From contig MCFH01000028.1 of NCBI GenBank assembly GCA_002104945.1, forward strand, positions 124,001 to 188,000: 64,000 bases of DNA, in the 5' to 3' direction. This stretch comes from Piromyces finnis finn. Its lineage: Eukaryota > Fungi > Neocallimastigomycota. The translations under genes were made by a program, and so were the position numbers. Position 1 is the stretch's first letter. Every line of letters starts with the position of its first letter. Positions 17,382-30,100 of the stretch are shown piece by piece. Below the pieces are notes generated by a model. That model worked only from the letters and a program-made list of their open reading frames with translations, was not told the origin of the DNA and searched no databases.

Positions 17382-19104
17382 ATGAGTAATTCGAGACGAT
17401 ATTCACCTCTTAATATGCAATACAGTGATCATAGAAGAAGTAGAAGTTCTTCACAACCAAGAAGTCATCGATCCACTTCACCATTACGTTTTAATGATTA
17501 TGATTACGTTATTGATGATGATGCCTATATCAATAATAATATTAACCGTTCCTATGGTGATGATTCAAATTATTTAAATGATTATACAATGACTAATCTT
17601 CCATATACCACCAATAGTCATTATCGTCAACATAGTCGTAGATCAAGTTTAAAAAAAGGTCAACCTTTATATCCTTATAATAATTATAATGAAATGACAG
17701 AAGAAAAGTATATAGATAATGAAGATGATGTTCCTGATGATAGTTATAATCCTACTCATCAATATAGTTATCCTCCTAGAGATGCTGATGAAACGGTTAT
17801 GGATTTAACCGATATACCTATGATTTCATACCCCTCACCTTCTCCATCCCATTATCGTTCTTCCTATTACCATGATAATAATTATTATTATAACAATTAT
17901 CAACCACCCTTACCAATGGGTAGCCCTGTCGATGAAGGAATTCCTATGCCTCAACCTACGGGCGTGTACAGAAAATATCTCTATAGAAAAAAAACCACTA
18001 AAAATATTTTATTATCGCCAGAAGGAAATCTTATTGTGAATTGCTCAGTACCGCAAAGAGCTCTTCAATATGCACTTCATAAAAATTCAGAAGAATTTCT
18101 TTCTTTAAGGTAAAATACAAAAAAAAATATATTAGTAGTGTAAAGAAAAAACTTGTTAATAAAATATTATACAACTACTTTTAATAATAAAAATAACAAT
18201 AGAAATAGTAGTAGTAGTAGTAAAATTGTAATAACATATTTAAACATAAAAAAAAATTAACATTTTTGTTAATATAAACCAATTAAAAATAATATAAAAA
18301 TATAAATATTTTATAGATATACTGCTGCAACTTGTGATCCTGATGATTTTCCTATTTCAGGTTATGATTTAAGACCTGCAATGTATGGTAGACGTACAGA
18401 AATATTTATTGTATTGACAATGTATGTTTTTTTTTATTTATTTATTAAAATAATAAGGATAAATAAATAAAAAAAATTATATAATAAATATATATATGTG
18501 GAACTTAAAGCATTTATATAATTATATCTATATCTATATGAACAATAATATATTAAATAATAATAAATTAGGTACAATGAATCAGATGAATTATTCTGTA
18601 GATCAATGATTGCTGTGATGAAAAATATTGCCTACTTATGTAACCTTCATGATAATAAATTTTGGGATAAAGAAGGTTGGAAAAAAATTGTAGTTTGTAT
18701 TGTTTCCGATGGTAGAACTAAAATACATCCTAGAGTATTAACTACTCTTGGTATTATGGGTATCTATCAAGACGGTATTATGAAAAATGCTGTTAATGGT
18801 AAAGAAGTTACTGCACATATATTTGAATATACTACTCAAATTGGAGTGGATAAAGATATGAAAATTAGAACGCATAATCAAGGTTACTTTCCTATGCAAG
18901 TTATATTTTGTTTAAAAGAAAAAAATGCTAAAAAGGTAAATTTTACGAACATCATTTATTGTATAATCATAAAATTATATATATTAAGAATAATAATTTT
19001 TTTAATAGATGTAATATTAAAAAATTTAAAATAAATATAAAAATAATTAAAAAAAAAAAAAAAAATACCATAAAAAATATTTTTTTCATCATATCATAAT
19101 AATG

Positions 19105-19159
<55 letters not shown>

Positions 19160-22100
19160 CAGATCAATTCACATAGATGGTTTTTCAACGCTTTTGCTCC
19201 TATTTTAAATCCAAATATTTGTGTTTTGATAGATGTTGGTACCAAACCAACTCCATCTTCATTCTATCATTTATGGAAAGCCTTTGAAGTAAATGAAAAT
19301 TTAGCTGGCGCTTGTGGTGAAATTTGTGTTGAAAAAGGTAAAAAAAAAAAATAAATAAAATAAAATAAATATTCATTATAAATTTTATAGATAAATGAAA
19401 GAAAAAAAAAAGGATAAATATATTAAAAAAATATTCAAAACAACAAATAAATTAAAATTATTTTTTTTTTTATTTTCTTTTTAAAAATAAAAATATATTT
19501 ATATACTTAACATAAAAAATATTAATTTCAACCCTAACTCTTTTATATGAAAAATATAGGACCTGGATTTTCTTATTTATTAAATCCATTAGTTGCTTCA
19601 CAAAACTTTGAATATAAAATGAGTAATATACTAGATAAAAGTTTAGAATCTGTTTTTGGATTTATATCCGTTCTTCCAGGTGCTTTTTCAGCCTATAGGT
19701 ATGTTGCCTTGTTAGATGAATCTCCTGGGTGTGGACCTCTATCATCTTACTTTAAAGGTGAACAAATGGATAATAGTAATATTTTTGAAGCTAATAATTA
19801 TTTAGCAGAGGATAGAATATTATGTTTTGAATTGGTATCAAAAAAACATGAAAAATGGACATTAAAATATGTTAAGGTAAAAAATTCATTTATAAAAACC
19901 AGTATTATTTTTATTAAAATAAAATAAAAAAAAAAGAAAAAGAAAAAGATATATAAAAATATTAACATAAAGGGGAAATATTAAACTATCTTTTTAATCC
20001 ATTATTAAAAAATAATATTAAATATAATTTTTTTATATTATTATAAATATTGAAATCCTTATTTATAAAATAGGAAGCAAAGGCTGTAACTGATGTACCT
20101 ATGGGTATTTCAGAATTCATTTCTCAAAGAAGAAGATGGCTTAATGGTTCTTTCTTTGCTAGTATTCATTCCATTCTTAATTGGCATAAAATTTATTCAA
20201 CTGATCATTCTTTGTTCCGAAAATGTTTATTCACCATTCAATTCGTTTATAATGTTGTTAATTTAATTTTCCAATGGTTTGGATTAGTAAGTATTTTTAT
20301 TATCATTTACTATTAATAATAATAATAGTAATAGTAATTGTAATAGTAATAGTAATAGTAATAATAATAGTAATAGTAATAGTAATAGTAATAGTAATAG
20401 TAATAGTAATAGTAATAGTAATAGTAATAGTAATAGTAATAGTAATAGTAATAGTAATAGTAATAGTAATAGTAATAGTAATAGTAATATAGTAATAGTA
20501 ATAGTAATAGTAATAGTAATAGTAATAGTAATAGTAATAGTAATAGTAATAGTAATAGTAATAGTAATAGTAATAGTAATAGTAATAGTAATAGTAATAG
20601 TAATAGTAATAGTAATAGTAATAGTAATAGTAATAGTAATAGTAATAGTAATAGTAATAGTAATAGTAATAGTAATAGTAATAGTAATAGTAATAGTAAT
20701 AGTAATAGTAATAGTAATAGTAATAGTAATAGTAATAGTAAAGTAATAGTAATAGTAATAGTAATAGTAATAGTAATAGTAATAGTAATAGTAATAGTAA
20801 TAGTAATAGTAATAGTAATAGTAATAGTAATAGTAATAGTAATAGTAATAGTAATAGTAATAGTAATAGTAATAGTAATAGTAATAGTAATAGTAATAGT
20901 AATAGTAATAGTAATAGTAATAGTAATAGTAATAGTAATAGTAATAGTATATATAATTAATTTATTTCCTAATATTGTTGTATATTGTTTATTTTAATTA
21001 ATGAATACTTTTTTATTAATTTTAAAAAAAAATAATATAATTTAGAGTAACTTTTATCTGGCTTTTTCATTTTTAAGTACACAAATTAACGAATTTGAAC
21101 ACCCACCATTTGGCCAAAGTGGTGATTTCATTTTTGGCTTAATGAGAGAAATATATATATGTGCTATTGTCATGATTTTTATATGCTCTTTAGGTAATAG
21201 ACCTCAAGCTTCAAAATCATTCTTTTTAATGGCTATGATTATGTTCTCCTTGGTTATGTTCTTAATGATGTTTATGACTTCTTATGGTGTGTTTATTCAA
21301 ATGCCTTCAACAGAAGAAGATTGGAATGAAGTAGGAAATTTCATTTTTAATGTTCCTTCATTTAAAGATACAGTTGTTTCGATTGGTTTTACTATCTGTG
21401 TATACATAATGTCATCAATTCTTTATAGAGATCCATGGCATCTTATTACTTCATTCTTCCAATATATGCTTCTTTTACCTTCATATATTAATATTTTACC
21501 AATCTATGCTTTTTGTAAGTTTTCTCTTCCTTTTTTTTCATTTTAAATTAAATAGTATTTATATTGATATCAAAACTTTTTAAATTAACAGTTTTATATA
21601 TTAATTATCTATAGGTAATATTAATGATGTAACCTGGGGTACAAAGGGTGCAAATAATCCAAAAGCAGATCTTGGAGTAGTAGTAGTTCATTCTAAAGTT
21701 GATGGTTTAATGGAAGCTGAGTTAGAATGCTTAACAGAAAGAAGAGATATTGAAGCATATTATGATAATTTATGTAAGTTTAAATTTTATATTGAAATAA
21801 AAAAAAAATTTTTTTTTATTTTAATAATAATAATTACTAAACGATATATAATAATGATAACTAAATGATAATATCAATATTATATTATAACAGTAAAAGA
21901 TATTAGAACTAAGCCAGCAGAAGTCAAACAAAAAGTTGACCTTCAGACCCAAAAAGAAGATTATTATAAAACAATTCGTACTAGAGTACTTTTATCATGG
22001 ATGTTTTGTAATTGTTTAATGATTATAACATTAACCTCCGGATTTATTGAAGATTATCTTATTCAAAAGAAAATTCTTAATGAAAAGCAGCAACTTCGTT

Positions 22101-22210
22101 TACCATATCTTACATTCCTATTTTGGACTATTGCAGTTTTGGCAGTGATTAGATTTGTTGGATGTGTTTTATACTTAACCTCATCCTTTTTTAAATTAAG
22201 AATTGAATAA
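17382..22210 (+). CDS. CHS: Chitin synthase, division I (class I/II/III type); 9 exons
   Basis: [54 protein letters not shown] motifs, C-terminal TM helices and WGTKG; exons 17382-18109, 18317-18421, 18572-18935, 19163-19337, 19560-19876, 20074-20286, 21046-21514, 21615-21773, 21894-22210. Confidence 0.95.
20324..20949 (+). repeat. (AGTAAT)n hexanucleotide tract (~100 units) in chitin synthase intron 6
   Basis: Directly visible; only about four small interruptions. Confidence 0.97.
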
Positions 22211-23083
22211 TTTTAAATAGTGGATATTACCAAATAATTATAAAAAATTTAAGATATGAATATAAAATTAATATCCCTTTTCTTTTATTACTACCACAAC
22301 GAACTATAATTTAATTATTTCAAAAAAAAAAACTTTACGAAAGATATAAATATATAGGAACTAGTTTTATTTACAATTTTGATACTCTTTAATAATTCAT
22401 TTTTTCTTTTTATTTTTGTTTTATCTTTTTTATTTACATTAGATTTATGATAAAAAAAAAATACTTTTTAGATAATAACTGTAAGAATTAACTATATTAT
22501 TAAAATTCTTCTGTTATATCTTTTTTTTTTTTTTTAATAAATATATATAGTATAATGATATATATTTCATTTTAATTAAGATTTTATATATTTCATATTT
22601 AATTCATTTTCTTTTTTCTTTTTATATATATTTCTACATTTAAATATACCAAATAAATATAAAATTACATTAAGGTAATACACATGGAAAATTTTATTTT
22701 ATTAAAAGATATATAGAAAAAGATAAAAGTATTAAAATGTTTTATTGCTTATTTATTATAAACAACAATCATCATTTCAAGTATGATGAATAGTTAAATG
22801 ACATATTATTTATTAATATTTATTGAAACATTTCTACATATTCCATTAAATTAATAATGTTTACATTTAAATAATAATAAGTATTTCTTTTTTTATAATG
22901 GATTATTAACAATTAAAAAAAGTAACAAAAATAATAAGAAAATGAAAAAGAAGAAAAAGAAGAAAGAAATTAAATGTAGAAAAAAAAAAAAGTGATAATA
23001 ATAAAACCTTATTATACTTTAAAATTTATAATAAACTTAAATATAGTTTATTCACATTCATTTATTATTTTAGTATATGTAAA

Positions 23084-23117
<34 letters not shown>

Positions 23118-24023
23118 TTTCTCATTACTGATAATACAATGAAATGGAATTAAAACTCTTTTTAAATCTATTAAAATAAGAAATTAAACCAAAAGAAACA
23201 GGGAAAAAAGAAAAAAACATTCCTTTTTAGCCTAATGCTCTTTTCACAACCTTTTTTTTTTCGCTTCAGGCTTTTTTTTTTTTTTTTTTTTCTTTAGGTC
23301 TTTTAATTTTCATATTTTATTTTGATGATTATATTTTAATTCAACTATTTAAATATGTTTCAATGGTTTTACATTTATAATCATTATAATCAATTCTATT
23401 AAATAAATATATTATAAATAAACAATTAAAAAAATGTTTTTAAATCCAGAATTTTTTTTAATATTTAAAATAAATTAAATCCATTTATTAATATTTAAAT
23501 TTATTAATTATTAAAAGATTTAATAATATATGAAATTACATTTTTCAATATAATCATCCATATATTATTATGATATATGATAATTTAATTTTTAAGTATT
23601 TTAAGTAATACAAATAAAAATATTATTGTTTATTATATTAAAAAATAATATGTTAATAATTAACATATATTATATAACATATTGCTGATATACTCTAATA
23701 TATATCAAATTTAAATTAATAATAATAAAATATATATAATAAATTTTTATTTCTAATCAATGATTAATTAAAAAAAGAAAATAAAAAATGAATAAATAAT
23801 AAATAATAAATAATATTTAATGAATAATAATAAATAATAATAAATAATTATGATGAATTAAAAAATTTATAATTTATATAAAAAGAACTTAATTTTCCCT
23901 CGTATTTTTTTTTTTTTTTTTTCCAATAATAAAATTTAATATTTTATTTATTATATATTTCTTTATAAGAAGTTCACCATAATTAGAACTTTTTTTAATC
24001 CTATATATTTTTTTAACTTTTAA

Positions 24024-25759
<1,736 letters not shown>

Positions 25760-26112
25760 GCAGTTTAATATTTAGAAGAAGTATTGAAAAATTAAATAGT
25801 TTCAATAGATATTTCTTAATAAAAATTATTAAATTTAACGATAATAATTTAAAAAAAAGACCTTAGAAAAGGAATTTAAATTAAAATTAAAAATTAAAAA
25901 AAATAAAGGGTTTCATTGTGTGTAATAAAATAAAAAAATAATAAAAATAAAAAATAAAAAAAAAAGAATAATTTTTTTTTAGTGTTTAAGTGTATGGAGT
26001 TTAATAAAGCAATATATATACATTTTAATTAAAAAGTAAAAAGGGAATTAATAAAAAAAATATGAGCGTTTTGTATGCATCTTCACTAAGATGTCGTTCT
26101 GATTAAGCCTAG

Positions 26113-26230
26113 CATTTAGATAATAAAGAGATATATTTGGCCTTTTTAGATCTCAGAAAAGCATATAATTCAGTCCCAATTGGTAATATTTTCCATAAAT
26201 TAAATTGTTTAGGAATCCGAGGTAAGAGTT
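26113..26230 (+). mobile_element. 5' stub of an older truncated LINE copy (RT region, FLDLRKAY), interrupted by the younger element
   Basis: 26121-26230 aligns to 29719-29828 with 7 mismatches in 110 bp. Confidence 0.92.
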
Positions 26231-26294
26231 GGATGCTCCTACCCTTTCAGGTATTTGTGCTGCGCAACAAGTGAAATGCTTTGTTAAATGGAGA

Positions 26295-26424
26295 CCTCTT
26301 GGGAACGTGCCTTCATTTATTTAATAAATGTAGTTTCTCAAGGGGGTCTACTCATGCTCCCTCTTGGGAACGTGCCTTCATTTATTTAATAAATGTAGTT
26401 TCTCAAGGGGGTCTACTCATGCTC
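26295..26424 (+). repeat. Perfect 2 x 65-bp tandem duplication in the LINE 5' leader
   Basis: CCTCTTGGGAACGTGCC...GGGGGTCTACTCATGCTC at 26295-26359 and 26360-26424. Confidence 0.95.
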
Positions 26425-27124
26425 ATGGTACTGAGAGAGTAGAAAGAATTAAATCCAAGCATTGCGCAATGGATGCTTGGTTAGTCTTTAAGGGAAAATT
26501 ATTAGGACTAAGCTCATGGTACTGAGCGATTAAAAAACATTTTATTCATCGAATTTAAGTATTTGATGAATAAGTGAATGTTTGATTTTTCAGGTAAGTT
26601 TGTATAGTATTTAATTAGAAGAGTAATACATTTTGTTGCTGTATTTTTTCTTTTATTCATGTATTCATGTAGTACTACTCTTCTCTTGTAAGAATCCAAT
26701 GTAGTCAACTTTAGCATTTGCATTGTACTTTTATATTCATGTAGCTATTGTTGTATTGTTTCTTGTAAGAGACTGATTCACTCTACATCATGTAAAAATA
26801 CTATTCACAAGCTTTCTGGTGTCGACATTCTTGATTCAAATTTTTTACCAATTTAAATATTTAATGAAAAGTAAAGTCAAACAAGTTTAGTGTCAAAAAG
26901 CGAATCGAATTTACTAACAACAAACCAAAACTAGAATTTTTAAAGAAAATTTACAACTAGAATTCAAAAAAAGAAACTTTAAACAAAGCATCGTAACAAT
27001 TTTTGTACTATCCAGTACTTTTAAGAAGAGAGAGAGAGACAGATTTTTTTCCATATACGTTATATTTGTAATTTTTATTAGTATTTATTTTATATTCAAT
27101 ATTTTTTAATTAGAATTTATTATC

Positions 27125-30100
27125 ATGTCAGTCCTTTATATTAAAGATAAGAATTATATCAGACGTGGTACCCGGTCTTATGGTATCCCCTTAGATGATA
27201 TTCGCTCCTTCTTTATCCGTGGTATTCGATCATGGTCAGTAAATATGCTATGGGAAAAACTCGAGGTTATTCTAGAAGATAAATTTAATTCAGTTATTAG
27301 TGTTAAATATTTTCAAACTTTCAATGATCACTTTTTCTTAGTCAAGGTTCATGGTTCATCAAAAGATTGTATTAAAATCTTACACATGTTAAAGAAGAAA
27401 CTTTCAGTTACCTCAATTTCCTTTTCAGCTCGTAGTAGAAGGAATCACAAATACACTTTTTCCACTCTCAAACGTAAAATTTTAGTTTCTAATAAACATC
27501 AACATTCTATTCAACAATCATTTCAACAATCAGTTCAACAATCAGTTCAACAATCTCATCAACAATCCGATCTTCAACAAGATCTTCAACAGGATCTTCA
27601 ACAAGTTTCCCATCATGAAAATATTCCAGATCTACAGCAAACACAATTTCAATCTCAACATTCAACAATTAATTCTAATAGTTCTATCAACTCTGATAAC
27701 AGTTCAATAGTTGATAGTTCTTCAGTTTCACAGCCATCTAGTAATAGTTCTACTTATTCCTCTGATGCATCATCCATTAATAACGATGACTTTAATAATA
27801 ATAATAATAGCAACGATTCTTCCTCATCCAACAAGCCTGATAACTTTTCTTTTTGTCTTAGTTGGAACACCAATGGGTGGAATCATGAAAAGAGAGATAG
27901 TATTAGCTATTTCACAGCTATTTTCAAACCATTATTCTTATGTTTCCAAGAAACTGGTAATGGTTCTGGATCGAATACAGATTATCCTTGTCGTGTTACT
28001 TTGCGAAACTATAGACACTTTTTCAAGAAAGCTGACGAATCAGTTCCGGGAATGAGAGGTTTATATTTAGGTTTTCACAATTCGTGTCAAGCCTCACTTG
28101 AAAACTTCTCTGGAAAGTATATTATTTCTATTTATACTTTTAGTCTCTGGAATAGATTCAAATGCTCGATTGGAAATGTTTATATGCCTCATAGTCATCA
28201 CAACATCTATGTTGATCATGCAAAGTTAGAAGTTCGCTTGTGGTTACAAACTCATTCATCCCATCCATCGATTCTTGTTGGTGATTTTAATATGTCTAAA
28301 GTAAAATTATCCAACTGGTTATCAACTAATGGATTAGGAGATTGGGAAATTCTTCCGCTTAGAGGGTCTACTATCTCTTGGACTCGAGGTGATCAATCTT
28401 CCGACATTGACCATGCTCTTATCAATTCGAAGATGAAAGATCTTATTCACTCAGGATCATTTATAAATAATTTTTATCCTGTATCAGACCATAAGCCACT
28501 TCTTATTAATGGTAAAATTATTCCTATGGAAGATTTTTCTAATGACTTTAATGTTCCTAAGAAAATTCTGAAATGGAATAGATTAAAATGTATTGAGGAA
28601 AAGGAATCTATTCTCAGTCATAATAAATTCCAAATACTTTCAGCAAAATTCAACGATCCTAATGTTTCTACAGATGAACTTTCCAAAGAGTTTACTTCAA
28701 CTGCTTTTTCAATTGCAGACGAGCTCAGTATTACCTCAGCAAATAATGTTATAAAGTCTTCATTTCATATTTCACAACAAATTTTTAATCTCCAAAAAAT
28801 CAAAATGAAGTTGTATAAGAGATTTAAAAAAGAAAGAATTTATGATATAGATGAATTTATTAAAAGAATTAAAATCTACCGTAAGCTCATTGATTACATC
28901 CACAAAAGATGTAATGAATTTAGGAAACAAGAATATCTTCATTGGATTAAAACAGGATGTGAGTATATGAAGAGTCATAATCCTAAGAAGGCCTGGAAAT
29001 GGATCAAGAAAACTGCAAAAATTGGAAAAGATTCTTTCTTTATTGCTCAACCAATTAAAAACAAAAATGGAGAATTAGTTGTTGCTACGGAAGAACAACT
29101 AGATGTGTGGCATGATCATTTCGAAAAGCTTGCATCAGATCCAAGTGGTGTAAGTCTTGATTTGGAGCATTGGTATGAAGAACCAACGAATAAACGTTTT
29201 TCACTCCCTATGCTTGATGAATGGGATATCAACCAAGATATTAGTATTGATGAAGTCAAGTCAGCTATCCTCTCTACTCCGAATTATAAAGCATCAGGTC
29301 CGGATGGTATTCCAATTGAATTTTACAAAGCATTAATTCCATCAAGTAATGATTCTAATAATGCTACAGATAATAATTCTTCCGGTAATACTACTTCAGA
29401 TAATGATGCTCATGGTTTAAATTTTATTCTTAAATTATTCAACCGTATTTGGGATGGAGACTTTCCCAACTCATGGAATGAATCCAGTATTGTTTCTATT
29501 CCTAAGAAGGGAGATTTGACAGATTGTGATAACTATCGAGGTATATCACTTATCAATAATGGTATTAAGTTGATTTCCAAAATTGTCACCACTAGAATTT
29601 CAGAATATGGTTTAAAGAATAATTTCATTAGACCTGAACAATTTGGTTTTCGAAAAAAGGAAGAAAGTATCAGTCTTTTCATTTCAATCCAAGAAATATG
29701 CCGTAGACGTCAATTAAATAATAAAGAGACATATTTGGCCTTTTTAGATCTCAGGAAAGCATACGATTCAGTCCCAATCGGTAATATTCTCCATAAATTA
29801 GATTGTTTAGGAATCCGAGGTAAGAGTTTACAATTTATCAAAAATTTATATTTAACATCTAAGGCTAATGTCAAATTAGATGGACAATTCTCGAAATCTT
29901 TTGATGTGAAGAAAGGAGTCCGTCAAGGATGCCCTCTTTCTCCTATTCTCTTTAATCTCTTTATTAATGATATATTTAAAGAGTGCGAAGATCTTGGAGT
30001 CAGTTTAGGTGACACTCGATGCTGTGGTGGACTTTTTGCAGATGATATAGTTATTTGTGCTCCAACAAGAGGATGCTTAAAAAAAATGCTAAGAAGAGTT

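Noticed and set aside
26062-26112. ATGAGCGTTTTGTAT encodes MSVLY, the same five residues as the LINE ORF start
   Set aside because: Nucleotides differ at most codons, a stop follows after 14 codons, and there is no further similarity; likely coincidence. The origin of this 50-bp GC-richer patch is unexplained.
26231-26296. Possible HDV-like ribozyme at the LINE 5' end (GGATGC.. with a P4-like AACAAG/CTTTGTT stem)
   Set aside because: P1 needs several G-U pairs, the L3 consensus is absent and there is no catalytic C in J4/2; only an Infernal search could revive it
26295-26424. Direct repeats as a possible CRISPR array
   Set aside because: Two abutting 65-bp copies without spacers, in a eukaryotic retroelement, with no cas genes
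26514-26723. 69-aa antisense ORF in the LINE leader (possible ORF0)
   Set aside because: Short, no motif, and expected by chance in AT-rich DNA
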